Shown: positions 34,801-48,585, counted from the stretch's first letter. The stretch is 64,000 nt of DNA from Balanoglossus misakiensis (GCA_040954595.2 CM082580.2:8906390-8970389); one strand, 5' to 3'. The notes: generated by a model from the sequence alone, not told the origin. Numbers and translations: made by a program.

Positions 34801-36827
34801 AACAACGCAAATTTTGCAGAGATAGACATAGTATCGGCTTCCCAGACCCTCTGCTTCTTCCGTTGGGCACTCCAGAAAGAGGCCATCTTTGCCCGGAGAT
34901 TTATCTACGTTGTTTCCCCAGACCCTCTTTCTGGAGTGCCAAACGGAAGAAGCAAAGGCGTCTGGGTAACCGAGACTAAGATAGACATGAAAACTAAAGC
35001 TGGCACTGTCGAGAACAGCGCACGCGCAAATTTACATACATTGAGTCCAACCAAAAACAGTTGCAGTGGTTTTATAACAAAAAAGGCAAAGACGGCATTA
35101 TGCAAGCAACAAGTTATCCCCAACACCACACAAATATCAAGATTGCATTACAGTTTATTACGTACGTCATTTCCGTTGTTGTTGAAGGCGTCATATCCTG
35201 ACCATCGAGCTCGAGTGGTCGCCGACCCTCCCCTGAACTCCTTGTGAGAATATCGAATACCAGTATCTACAACGTACACATCTACTCCACTTCCTTCCCC
35301 TAAATAATAATTAATTAAATAAAGAATTATACAATAATAATCCAAACAGTAATATGTTTTCAATTATTTAAATGACTTTGTGTTGAGCTTGACAGTTCAC
35401 AGCTTAGTTCATTTATCAGTTATACAAGCAATACGTGACATTTCAACGTGCTGTACAGAGTCAAACAAAAGTTGCCAAATATTTCAAGCCGCACAGCTTT
35501 TGGCGTGATCCACAGAGATTTTCAACCAAAGTACCAAGGGAAATTCAAAGATGGCGTCTTTCTCTGAACATACCTGTTGCTACGAAGTGCTGGTCTAGAG
35601 GCAGATCGGGCTGATCCATCCTGTCCAGTCCCCATGGCAACGTGTCTTGTTGCTTGGAGAATAACACATCTTCTTCCACGTAGGAAACACCTCTTATATT
35701 TCTCACCTGTTAAAATAAGATCAGCGACTTTGAAAAAAAATCCTTGATCATGCATACCTTAAAATGGAATCGGAACGACCTGCCTTTTTAGGAATCTTCA
35801 ATCGGGGAGTTCACTGGAAAACCGGGTATGTCAACATCCGTTTTCATACTAACATGTCGGGACACGAATATCATATGTCTTTTCTTGCCCAGTCGTGTTG
35901 ACCCTATTGTGTGTTAAGCCTAAACCTATAGTGTGTAGGCTACGCCAGACAAAAGTGAACGATATTATATTTGTGTATTTACCAAATCCACCGCGTCATC
36001 AGAGAGTTCACCAGAGAAGCCCACGGCTACTTTGGAATACAGTCTGTCGATGGAGACGCTGGGACCACCTCGTCCCGCTGTGTAACGGAGAGCACGGACC
36101 ACGCTCCCAAGCTGCGTGTCTTGGGTACCATCCTGTAGGAGGAGGAGGAGGATGGGAGGGAAGAGGGGTAGTAAATGTGTAAATGGCCAATTGGTGATAT
36201 TTCAAACACTGGAAATAAAGGATACGCCGTTACAAAACATGGACATATGGCCTGTTTGATATTAACCTTGATAGCAGAACAATCATAGCATTGGCAGCTG
36301 GGCAACAGATTGACGGATACGCAGGTGCTTTCATGGTTGCGTAATACATACCTATGTTTTCTAGGACTTCAATGGAGTCACTACGATATCACAACAACGA
36401 CAACAACAACAACAACAACAACAGCAGTATCAGATACACGTTATGAAATAACATGAGAGTTTCGCTACTTCAGTAGATGCAATACTTGCCGCAAACTGTT
36501 CTACGTGGAATTAGCCTAATTTTTACCTACCTCCATCACCACGATATACCGACGAGGGACTCTTTCTTCTTGTACAATCGCTGGTATTAACTCTGCTGCG
36601 ACTTCTTCTCGAGAAAAGACAGACATGTCAACTTCGAATGGACGTAACCCGGCTATCGGTTCTATCAGAGTCTCCTCGAGTTGCCTTTGATTGAGATCTT
36701 GCGACCGGCCGAGGTCGGGATCCCCAAGTCTCCTCCCGCTGACTTGGGCGACATGCGGGTGAAACATTAAAATCGCAGCGAACGCTGAAAGAGTGCACCG
36801 GATTCCAATCGTGGCCACGTTTGCCAT
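31865..36827 (-). CDS. PCSK9: PCSK9-like proteinase-K-type subtilase (signal peptide, I9 prodomain, S8 catalytic domain, three-module Cys-rich C-terminal domain), multi-exon
   Basis: The prodomain ends [11 protein letters not shown]|[10 protein letters not shown] (cf. PCSK9 YIEEDSSVFAQ|SIPWNL). Catalytic residues: Asp in VYVVDTGI, His in [11 protein letters not shown], oxyanion Asn in [17 protein letters not shown], Ser in [11 protein letters not shown]-terminal modules: FCRTVWS..AVARCC, ..AQANCC and [19 protein letters not shown]. Confidence 0.85.
34829..34978. mobile_element. Small MITE-like palindromic element in a PCSK9-like intron
   Basis: Imperfect terminal inverted repeats of about 54 bp (TAGTATCGGCTTCCCAGACCCTCTGCTTCTTCCGTTGGGCACTCCAGAAAGAGG vs the reverse complement of 34924-34978). 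TA at both ends, short spacer, no ORF. Confidence 0.75.
36391..36423. repeat. (CAA)n microsatellite
   Basis: About 10 CAA/AAC units in intron 1 of the PCSK9-like gene. Confidence 0.85.
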
Positions 36828-38196
36828 TCTAACGATGCCTGTAATAACACTCCACAAGCACTCAAACCGAATCAAAACGAATGTGAGGTACTGTATACTG
36901 CACGCAACGTGTATAAGACTGAAACGCTCACTGACTCGCCCTCTTTTTATACTTCACACGCCGGCAGTTGTTACGAAGAACTGGACAATGGGTGTCCGTC
37001 CTCACTTACACGCCCCGATTGAGATTTGTGATTGAGCCTCTTCTACGAAGAAGGGAAGAACAAAGTTCAATAACTAGAACACAGCACTTGTTTGTCTGCG
37101 AGCTTTGTGATCTCTGACCTCCAAATCCGGTCACTGCACTGGTCCTCCAGGTCCGTCATATCGAGTACACCTGACATCGGTTAAGAAACAACACCTTATG
37201 CAGTGAGATAGACATCTGTGTCATATTGATAATTACTATCCGCGGTGACATCAACGATTTTCGCGGTTAGGATATAGGCCTACCACAGCAGTGTTATTCC
37301 GATGTCTGTGGCCTGGGCCATGTCTCAGGTAAAGGGCAAGTCATGAAACACAGAGTCCATTTTTCTTTCTACCCTAGCCACATGTATTTTCCCCCAAGAC
37401 ATAGCTCAGGCCCCAGCATGCATGACTTCTCAGTTTACACGCGACTGAACCCGTGATTGGATTCAAATGGCCAGGGACAAGTCAGTCACAACGTCACAGG
37501 GACTAGCCTGCGTGACAACAACCAGTCTGAGCTCAGAATGGCCATCGAGTTCCCGAGGTCACTTCCGTTTTCGTTTGTTTCCATTCCAGAAAACATCGCG
37601 ATTCCGGGGAAACGGCCCTCGGTCCGTGAGAGTATTATCGTTTCACACAGGAACCGACACACTGTCGCTTTTCCTGCTTATTCCGCATTCGTGGTCTGCT
37701 TTGAAATGCTTGTAATTCAAGACTTAAAACAACCTTCATTATAAAAGTCTAAGGTCTGCGAAATCTCCGATTTTCAACACGCCTCTTCTCCCAACCACCT
37801 GCTAGAATAATAGAAAAGGGAGAAGTGGCAGATTATTTTATATTTAAGATTCACAGTTTTCCTCGGTTATATTTTAACGTGGGTCAACCGCCATATTGTT
37901 AGAAAGGTCAGGGTATGTTTACTCCTGTTTGCCACAGATATCAATGCACACTCAGGGTTTATTTTAGGCGCAAACTCAGTATGAAGAATAAGAGATGACG
38001 AATGATGGACTCGGATCTTAACGGTGACCAAGATGAATCTGTGTATACCACAGTTTGTAGAAGGTCAACTTGCTGAAAGTCACATGCCAAAGCCAAAAAG
38101 CGACGCGTGTATACAGCTTGTGATTGAGAGTTCCACCCCCGGGGTGCTCAGACACGGACAAGAGCAGTCAGTGTTGAAGACCTTTAATCACAAATC

Positions 38197-40050
38197 ATGG
38201 ATACGTCGAGGAAAATCGTCGTGATCACGGGATGTTCCTCGGGTATCGGCCTCCAAACTGCCTTGTTGATGGCCAAGGCCAAGGACAGACCGTACAAGGT
38301 CTATGCAACTATGAGAAACTTGAGCAAGAAGGGTGAACTCGAAGAGAATGGCAAAGAAGTGTTGAACAAGACACTGTTTATCCGCCAACTTGACGTCACG
38401 AAAGAAGACTCAGTTCGTGATTTCTTTACTACGCTGATGAGAGACGAGGGGAGGATAGATGTTTTGGGTATGTCATATTCCCTTGTATCTTACTAGTATA
38501 GTCAAGTCTGCAAAGAACGCATTACCGACAATTTTTTGAATTCGAACCGAGGGAAATCAATGTAATCGAGGTCAGAGTAGTCGAGTTCTCGTAACCAAAA
38601 TAAGCCGAGGTTATCAACTAAGGTTATGATTTTCTTATCGTACTGCGCATGCCATAGTGACTGGTACAATATCTCTTATGAGTTTGACTCGATAGGTTAC
38701 GAGTTGAAATCATAGTCCCTGCAGAAATAGGACTATTTCTCCAGGGTCCATGTTGAAATGTACAAATTAATAGCCTAAAATAATTTACATTTTATGGGTG
38801 CACATCTGCCATTACATGTGTCTATTATCCTTAGTTAACAACGCAGGGGTAACTCACTTTGGAATAGTCGAAACTGTCCCCTTCGAAGAAATCCGTTCTA
38901 CAATGGACACCAATTTCTTCGGTGCAGTGCGTACCATCCAGGCCACGTTGCCAGTCATGAAACGCCAGGAATCGGGAAGAATAGTCAACGTCAGTAGTCT
39001 GTTAGGAATTCGCGGTAAGCATTACCTCTACGTGCGATTCCAACAATACGCCATGTCCATCGTTATGTTGTTGCAGTGATCAGGGACGAGATTTTCTTAG
39101 TATAAAATGTGTCTCCAGGATATTTAGCCCCAGGATTAAACAATGCATAATGATCCCCTGGGCTTCAAGCAATCAACAGTCTTAACTTCTATATCGTATG
39201 CACACTTCGGGACTGTGGTTTCAACCCTTTATACTTTGGGTTGTAATTTTGTACCTCACGATGATGCATCGTTTCTCTCCCCAGCCTGCCCTTTCTCGGA
39301 AGCCTACGCCGCATCCAAATTTGCACTGGAGGGATTTTCAGAGGCCCTGGCACCGAGTGTCAGAAAATTCAACATCTTGTGAGTGTGCACTGCATTCCTC
39401 TGTGACAGACTTCAAATGCGTCCTATTTGAAATGCCACAAGAACAGAGTTATTCATTTCCCATAGACCACAATGGTAGTGCTTAGCTCAATATTCCCATT
39501 TTCTAAAATCCACCGGATCCTATCGCGTCTTCACCAGTGATTATGAAAAAAAAATCACCCCATCGCTTACATTAACTTTTGCTATTGGCCATCCAGCTCT
39601 GCTCATATCACATACATGTATTATTATGCTTATACACATGCTATGTATATACATGTACATATACACATCTTTTAGTTATGCATATAGTGTCACTGGTGTC
39701 GTTTGTCTTACAGTTTGAGTACAGTACAGTTTGGCCCGGTGGGAACACCAATCAGAGATAGAGAACAAGAGATGTTCAGTAAAGTGGAGTACGACAAAAC
39801 AGATGAAAAGACCGGACATGTGATGAGGGATTTCCAAAAGGCTTATGAGAACGTCGTAGACGCCAATAGACATTTCCACCAAAGTGCTGAAGAAGCGGGC
39901 CGGTTCCTGGTGAAAGTCGTCGAAGACGAGGCTCCTAAATTTGCATACCAATCGTCTGACATGGTTTCCGCCGCTGTGTCAGCCAAACTAAAAGATCCGA
40001 CGGGGGAGACGACCGTAGCGACGGCTAGCAAGACCTACCTGGGTGATTGA
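38197..40050 (+). CDS. Short-chain dehydrogenase/reductase, RDH8/17beta-HSD1-like, paralogue B (4 exons)
   Basis: Exons approx. 38197-38467, 38834-39014, 39285-39379 and 39714-40050. Motifs TGCSSGIG, VNNAG and YAASK. Confidence 0.9.
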
Positions 40051-40610
40051 AAATCCCATTGGCAGAATCCTAAGAATAGACGACAGAGAGCTTTATATTC
40101 TGTGTGTATACTTGGGGAAAGTTTCGGCCAAAGATTGCCCTTTTGAGGTGGCGGGTTGTGTGTGTGTGCGTTAGGAAGGGAGGGCATGGACTTGTTTCTA
40201 TTTTGTCCAGCTCCAAATAAAACCGACTATATCACATGTTTATTGGATGGCCAAATTGTGTTGCATTTGAGTAGAACAAATAAAGCAGAGGAATTGGTTG
40301 TTTCAAGTTTTGCAAGTGGCATTTGAATGGCCGCAAAGTGACATTCTCATGTCTAGGCTGAGTTAATTGCTATTCATATTCTTGTGACCCGTTACCGTGC
40401 AGGTCAGGCGTCTGGGTTTACATGTGCTTGGCATAGGTCTCGAGACATGACACCAATCTCAGATTGTGTTTTTTAGTCGAAGCACGTCTCAGAAAATGAC
40501 CTATTAGAGTATACGTCAGACTTATAAGCGGCACAGGCCTCGCGCGACACGACCCCAGAGCAGAACTGCAATAGTCCCGCCCAATCTCAGGTTGTGATTG
40601 TTGTCCGAAC

Positions 40611-42412
40611 ATGTTGAAGAAAATCGTCGTGATCACGGGATGTTCCTCGGGCATCGGTCTCCACGCCGCCGTGGCAATGGCCAACGCCAAGGACAGGCCG
40701 TACAAGGTCTACGCAACCATGAGGAACCTGGGCAAGAAGGGTGAACTCGAAGAGAATAGTAAAGATGCATTGAACAACACCCTGTTTATCCGCGAACTGG
40801 ACGTTACTAAGGACGACTCAGTTGATAAATTCTTCACCACACTCATCAAGGATGAGGGTAGAATAGACGTCTTGGGTAAGTCTTACTTTTTTGACCACAA
40901 GTTGTTTCGGACGTTTCAACCGTGTGCTACATGCACAAAGTCGACGCCATATTGGACAGGTGGCGGTCATTTCACGGTCATTCATTGTTGCCATCAGTGC
41001 TCCGAGCGAAGTGACGTCACTTCACCACTGGTAACAGTCACCTATCCAGCAGTTGTGCAAAGTAAAAGGAGGAAGGTTCGATACTGGTAAAATTCAGTAC
41101 TTGTGATTAAACAACTGTCGTCTACCGACTGTTAACTACATTTCAAGGCAATTAATTTTGCTGAAAATCCGATGGGTTAGGTATGCACAATATAGTCATC
41201 TTTTCTTATCGATGGATTTGCAATTGGACCATATTTCATGTATTACTCAATGAAAATTAATGCACTGGACATTTAGTGGGCGAGAAATATATAATGAATC
41301 TTGTCACTTTCGTTTTCAGATACCTTCTATCCGAGTAATGTATATGTAATATTGTTTATTATTCATAGTAAACAACGCAGGTTTGCCCCACCTTGGAATA
41401 ATTGAAACTGTCCCCTTCGAAGAAATCCGTTCTACAATGGACACTAATTTCTTCGGTGCAGTGCGTACCATCCGGACCACACTGCCAGTCATGAAACGCC
41501 AGGGTTCAGGAAGAATTGTCAACGTCACCAGTCGGGCAGGCGTGTCTGGTGAGCATTATCTCTGCAATTTTTTCCGTGTGCCTAGTATGATGTACAACTC
41601 CCGCAATGTACCCTGCCCAGCGTTATATGTTCATAAAAGTAAACCTTTCTACGGATAAAATGTGCAAGAGGGGTCTTCAGCCGCACCTGGAAGACCATCG
41701 AAGGAAGTCTTAAATAATGTCCATGTGTTTTGGTTGAAACCCGTCTACTTTGTTCCATCTGCTCGCAGCCATATAATATACCAATTGGATGACTTCCCAT
41801 TTCACCCACAGCCGTTCCTTTCATGGAAGCCTACAGCGCATCCAAGTTCGCTCTGGAGGGATTTTCAGAGGGTTTGGCACCGAGTCTCAGAAAATTCAAC
41901 ATCTTGTAAGTGCACATGCGCGGCATTCCTATAGCTGACACCAAATGCGTCACGGATACTTAGCCAAACTAACTTTGAAACACCAGACGTATTTTTATGT
42001 TCAGACATTAGTTTACTGTACTTTTTTCATCACCAAAATCTGTGCGTTAACTTGTGTTAACTGTAATGTTTTGTTTTACAGTATAAGCACAGTTCAGTTT
42101 GGCCCGGTCGGAAAATCGTTCACTGACAGAAAGAAAGAGATGTTCGCCAATGTGAGATACGACCAAACAGACGATAAAACTGGACAGCTAATGAGAAATT
42201 TCCACAAGGTTCAGTTATCCCTAGCAGACTCCAACTGGTACCAAAGTGCTGAAGAAGCGGGCCGGTTCCTGGTGAAAGTCGTCGAAGACGAGGCTCCTAA
42301 ATTTGCATACCAATCGTCTGATATGTCTGTCGGCGCCGTGTCCGTCAAACTGAAAGATCCCACGGGAGAATCGTCAATAGAATTGGCCAGCAAGACCTAC
42401 CTGGGCGATTGA
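40611..42412 (+). CDS. Short-chain dehydrogenase/reductase, RDH8/17beta-HSD1-like, paralogue C (4 exons)
   Basis: Exons approx. 40611-40875, 41369-41548, 41812-41905 and 42082-42412. Motifs TGCSSGIG, VNNAG and YSASK. Same intron positions as A and B. Confidence 0.9.
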
Positions 42413-42712
42413 AAACCTCATAGCATTGGCACAAGAACAGACGACAGAGGACTTTGTATTTTGTGATGTAGGATAGAAATAAAATACAGAACTTAAATAC
42501 TACGCTAATAGTATTTCACGATATTATACGTATACACTTGTATTCTACACACACTCGGTGCTATGCTAAAGGCTTGTCTGAGTGCTATTCAAGTACAGGG
42601 TGACTAAGTTTCCACGACTATAATGACACAACGCTATAAGGACATCAAAACGTTTATTTTTCATTTAAAATAGAGACTCGTATTTAGATTTAGGTACTGA
42701 TATACTATGTGT

Positions 42713-42848
<136 letters not shown>

Positions 42849-43577
42849 CATTTACTTTTCAAAATTAAATATGTATTCACCAAAAAATTAACTAAATCAT
42901 TAAAATGTAATAAGTGGTATAATCGCCAGCTTTGTAAGTGTGTTGATATGTAAGTGCGTAACTTCAGCACGGCTTGCTACAAGTGATTCAGTGATTACAC
43001 AGAACACACACACACTACACAAGGGTGTGTCATTTTTACAGGTATTGGGAGGAAAGGTGAGTGATATCATTTGAACAAAAAATAATGCATCGACGGAGTC
43101 TTTAACAGTGCTGCCCAAGCCCGGGTGAAATACGCCCGTTTGACATGATTAGGTACCTCAAATTAAAAGCGAATACTGGTAATAGCATCCTTCGGCTCAC
43201 TGCCTCGCATCGAAATATCACACTTGAAAACGTCATTGTATCGCCATGCCAACACACATGCGGCCATGAACGTTGGCGCTGACATGATGACGTCTCATGT
43301 CATTTCTTTGAACATCATGAGACAACAGGTTGTAGGGGCTGTGTGTACAACGATTTTTTTTACAAGTCACAACATTCGATGCGATTTGTGCGGAGCCTCA
43401 AAATGGCGCTTCGACAAACATCACAATTTAAAATTCTATCGCGTATTTCCATTCCCACTTTCTCTGTTTTGTTTCTGTCGGGTTTCTTTGGAGCCGAAAC
43501 ACAGCTTGGCATCACGTCGCTAGCAGTGCCACGGATAATTGGATATTAAAGGGACTGGAATGTTGACAATATCCCTC

Positions 43578-43683
43578 GATGACGTCATCAGAAATTAGCC
43601 GTCTCTTCCTCAAGCACCCTCTAGAAAACACGCAATATATCTTGGCGTTTCCTTGGCAACTCACTGGACGTTGTCATGGCAAT
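43578..43683. promoter_or_regulatory. CRE palindrome plus two X-box-like sites
   Basis: GATGACGTCATC (43578-43589), GTTTCCTTGGCAAC (43647-43660) and GTTGTCATGGCAAT (43670-43683). Confidence 0.35.
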
Positions 43684-43963
43684 AAATACTTATCCGTGTC
43701 TCAGAGAGCCGTTCTTCCTTCTTCGGTATTCTTCCTTGTAGGTTTTGTGTGTGAAGAACTTCATTTCACTGAATGAATTTAAAACACCGCATGTGGTACT
43801 ACAGTAAACAGTTTATTTTCTCCGAATACATTATACCATGTTGACTCGACAGGTTATAAGATGGACGGCCAATATACTGTTTAAATACTGTCGGGCCCTG
43901 GGGTATCCACAGCATCATCTGTGTTTGACAGACGACTTTATCACAAATCCCTGGGCGCATGCA

Positions 43964-44287
43964 TCATCTGTGCGACTTGATCACAAATCTGAGCACGACG
44001 CGACACGACAGCAGCAGAAGGATGGCGATGACCGCAACCAGCACCACCGCTTTGATCAGAGCGAACGGCGCCATTCCTTGTTCACTCCAGTCCGGCGGCC
44101 CCGTCGAGTTGGCCGCCGACAGGTTGTACAGAATCTCGCTGGTGAACTGCGTCGTCATGTTCAGCAGGGGCGCGGTGGGCGTGGGGCTTGCCCGAGAAGG
44201 GGGTCCGGAGACGTTCGGCGGTCGCGACATCGCGTCGTACGGAAACGAGACGACCGCGCCCGACGCGGTGCTGTTGATTGGGCTCAT
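43964..44287 (-). CDS. Small single-pass membrane glycoprotein of unknown family (107 aa)
   Basis: A pyrimidine-rich acceptor lies just before the ATG, and the ORF is a GC-rich island in AT-richer flanks. Five N-x-S/T sequons in a Ser/Pro/Thr-rich N-terminus, one TM helix (ALIKAVVLVAVIAILLLLSC), and a short basic tail. Confidence 0.6.
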   Translation of the reverse strand: MSPINSTASGAVVSFPYDAMSRPPNVSGPPSRASPTPTAPLLNMTTQFTSEILYNLSAANSTGPPDWSEQGMAPFALIKAVVLVAVIAILLLLSCRVVLRFVIKSHR

Positions 44288-45729
44288 CGTCTCTCGGCAA
44301 AAGTCAAAAATAAAAATCACAACAAAACAAACAACCGCGTCTTATCAGTCGGAGCGTGCCGCACAGAATCTTTCTTGTTCGTCTCCCTGTTGTGATGCTC
44401 AGGCGAGAAAGCTGAATCGGCACCTTGTTGCCATGACGCCGCAGTTGCCTTCTGGATTTGACGACACGTGCCTGCAGGAGAAAAAAGTCAACACATGTCA
44501 AGGTGGCGCATAACACTATAAACAGGTATTCTGGCGCTGTTGCTGCATTCAACAATAGATCCCGGAGAGACCAGGTGTGCATTGTACGTGGGAATATTTT
44601 AATAATAGATAAGGCCTATATTGTCTCATTTGGAAATGATTTTCTTCGTAGAAAAAGCGCTAATAAATAAATAAATAAAGTAGCCGTTTTTATGGGAAAA
44701 AAGTCGACTGCCATCTGACCCGCATACATGCAGCGAATTTAAGGATGATAAAAACACAGAAAATGTGCGGTGTCCTAATCGAAGGGCGGACAGAAATTCT
44801 ACGATATTTAACTGACATGTCTAAGATCAAAATACATTAACTGGCCTATCTATGATACCTCAACCAGACCAACACGCAAATACGTCGCCCACTACACACA
44901 TGACCCCGATAACACCAGGATCGTACAATGAAATGTGAGCAAATGACGAGAGATAAGCACGAGAGGAAAACAGTGTCAATTTTCATTCCTCCCATCAGGT
45001 GGCTCGGCGTCCATTCGCAAATCCGCAGGAAATCGGACAGGTCATCATCATCCTGTGCACACACAGTGATCGGGTAAAACGCGATATTTTTATCGACCGG
45101 TGAATATGAAGAGAGACAAAGTGGATATTTGATCGTTTAAATATTTACTTACCTCACATAGGATAGACAACAGCCGGTGTCGTCAGATGTGCGTTCGTCA
45201 AGGCAGATATGCAATAAGTGGAGAGAGAAACGTTTTAATGCATTCGACGGAGAGACACGATCGCGTCAAGCGTGGGCGTCGCCTCGCGTTTAGATGCAAT
45301 GCGCGTATAGTATATTAGACGTTTCATTAAATATCTATATTCATTGTACAACGGACGCAAATTTGACTAGACACTGTCGAATGTGCCCATAGGTTTTTTA
45401 GCACAATGTTCGTTGTGTGTATCAGCTTCAGTCAATATACCTAGGCCTTTGCAAGAACAGAACATGAAATTGTCCTGTTACCTATTACCGTAATACATAA
45501 TACATTGTGTTTTGTCCTTTGAAATTTCCGTTGATTTCAGTGAGTATGATGATTATGTAGTACATGTAGTAGTATCAACGTTCATCAGTCACACGTCTGT
45601 GTTTGAGGGCAGTGTCCAAACACATCATCTGCTGCCGATGCCCTTCATCAGAACAGCGCAGCCAGCGGCAGAGATTTCGGCAAGAGACCCAGACCATGGC
45701 GCCTATACCTATACAGACAGGTGGTTGTG

Positions 45730-45819
<90 letters not shown>
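45730..45819. repeat. (CAT)n microsatellite
   Basis: About 30 ATC/CAT units. Confidence 0.95.
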
Positions 45820-45820
<1 letters not shown>

Positions 45821-46427
45821 CAGGCTTTCCCGATGCCAACAAAATAAAGCACAATGGAGTAAATTATGTGTGAATTATACCTGTCCACAGGATAATGTCT
45901 TATGCATGGAGGGATTTTTTGTCGACCGTTTGCCCATCTCTTCATAATCCGTCATGATTGGCGGGCAACAAGGAGACAGGACGGGATTATCGCACTTGAC
46001 TGAAGCCATGAGTATACATGTACATGTAAAGTGAAAAATGTGGGTGTAGGTCAAGAAGGACAACTCAACCTTAAACATTCTGCAAGTGGCAGAAATCCAG
46101 TAGAAGTCAACTAACGACAATGAATCGAATAAATGCGGACAGCAGACCGTCAATTGGGCGTGCAATACCACAAAGCCGCGATTATAAACAAGGCGGCCTT
46201 GGGAAGGGCGCGTCTTTTTTACCTTTCAAGTTTTTTTTAACGAAAACATCTTTTGGAAAAAATCCATGTAGAAGGGAGTCGTCCATTTCATGGATCACTT
46301 GCTTTCAGACCATAAAAAGCTCTGTGTGAAAAGCAGGGGGTTTCTGATCGTTTGGAAGTTGAGAGAAATTCACTTTGATGTTGCTTATGGCCAGTATCAT
46401 TGTTGTTCTCTGCGTATTCAATCAACG

Positions 46428-46464
46428 GATGACGACGACGACGATGATGATGATGATGATGATG
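46428..46464. repeat. (GAC/GAT)n microsatellite
   Basis: Compound GAC then GAT run. Confidence 0.85.
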
Positions 46465-48585
46465 TGTTATCGATCACATCTTGCCCGCCGATCGCCAACT
46501 ATTTTGAGGATTGTCCACGCTTTTGTCGGACCAATCATTAACAGCCAGACAGTGCCTGCTTTGTTTTCCCATGCAGCTCTTAGACAAGTTGCTCGAGTAA
46601 GATCTTTGCCAATAAAGGTTAACGGGTGAGGACAGTATTGTTTCCACAACAATCACAGGCACTGATGCTAAACACACTCACTGAAAAGTCGCTCTCGGGC
46701 GCGGTGGGGGCACAACAGGAATTCCCATTCACAAGGCTTTACATCATCACTTTAACATGTTTAAACTGGCGTAGTAGTGGTCATCTGTAGGACAGACTGC
46801 CTTTTGATTGACACCATCCACAAGGACGGAATTTTTCGCTGACCTTCAGCCGACAGGGCAGTCGTCTAAGTACCTATTGTCATTCTTGGTTTTTTTTTTG
46901 AAGTAGAACAAGAAAAAACTCTTTTGACTAGGTAATATTTTTAAATAAACGCTGACACGGCATCGCTGAATCAAAATTTAAGAAAGACGGAATCACTGGC
47001 GCATTTCGAATAGCCAATGGAAGACATTTCGAAATTGCAGCCGTTTTTACAACTTCGACAAAAAAAAAAACAGAGACAAAACAATCACAACTGTACAATT
47101 CCAATGCAGATAAAAGTGGCGGGGGTATTGTGCTTTCAGAAATGCACTCATTATCATGGACTTCAGGGCTGAAAATCAGACAGTGGATTCACTCTTCAGT
47201 GTCTACACGCCTCAATGGGGCTATTCATTTGCCGGGGGGGCTCAACACATTCCTGGACATTGGGTGTTGAAAATTGACACGATTGTCCCTTTCTCTAGAT
47301 CTTGCAGGTTTGTTCATGCATTTGGAAGCAGTTTTTGACATTTTCAGCGGAGTTCTGCAAGCCCCACCCTTCACATTTCTTCTGGTAATGTGTTAGTGAC
47401 GCCAGCCACACCCTAAGCCTTGCCACAGTTTTGTCGACACGGTCACAGCAAATTCCCTTCATAAATGTCACGAATTCCACTTCGATTTTTTGACCAACTG
47501 GCTTCGCAAGGAAAACTAGCGACAGACAGAAATTGGCATACACACAGTTGTACAGCAATGCAAGAAAAAGTCCCGTATTAATATTTGAAAGTTTTGTGGA
47601 TCTTCGAAATCATTCTCGCAATGAGAAAGTTCAATTTCAATTTTTCACTAAGTTTGACCTTGATTATACGTTGGGTAGCAGGTATTGTCCCTCACCATGC
47701 TCCACCCAACACTGTGCTGAAGTTCCAATTATTTGTGCTGTCAAACTCAGCAGGCAGGCAAGGGTGGAGTTGGTTCGCAATTGAGGACAATGTGAGCCAC
47801 TGAAATCCAGTGCTTTAGAGAGCAAAGCAAGAAAATGTAGTCATTGCGTGGACCAAGAGAATGAAATGACCTTCAAAAGTTGCCAACAAACAAGGATGCT
47901 AATCTGCATGTGGAACTCGTAGTTGATACGCTCTATACTAGTACTATTTCTCCTACCATACCTTTAAAAGCAATAAAGTGAGTCACCTTAATTTTTATTA
48001 AAACATATACAGTCTACTTTTATTAACTTCCATGTCCTTTGAATATAGGAAAGGGGTTGTCAACATTGGGAGGAAATTACAGACATATCTTTTAATCTCA
48101 AGAGCCAAAAAAAAAAAAAAAAAATACAGCAATAACAACTTACATGTGTAACTTTTCCTCACCTGTTATAAATTCTAACTTAGGATAATTTTTTTTCTTC
48201 AAAAAATCACTTGCAGTAAATTTATGAATTCCACCACAATACATTGAAGGGAATGCTACAAAATGCTGATTATTAAAAATGGTACATGACAGCGGTGGAC
48301 AGATATATTGCATGACAAATACCATTAGCACTGTGGCTAGGGAAATGAAACTTTTAGACAAGTGGTATACAAATATTGTCTATAAGCTCTCAATCTATTC
48401 AACCAAGTAGACTGATCTCATCTCAACGATCGCTCAAAAGAGAAAATACATACAAGAAATGAAAAGCTATCATTTATACAGTATTAAAATCACACACAAA
48501 AAAAACACTTCAACTAGAAATCTAAGATCTACAGCAACTAAAATAAAATACAGAATATTTTAAACTTGCTTGATAAATGTAATTA

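Noticed and set aside
38550-38710. Short inverted/degenerate repeats (CTCGTAACC / GGTTACGAG) in SDR-B intron 1
   Set aside because: Too degenerate to define element ends or a TSD.
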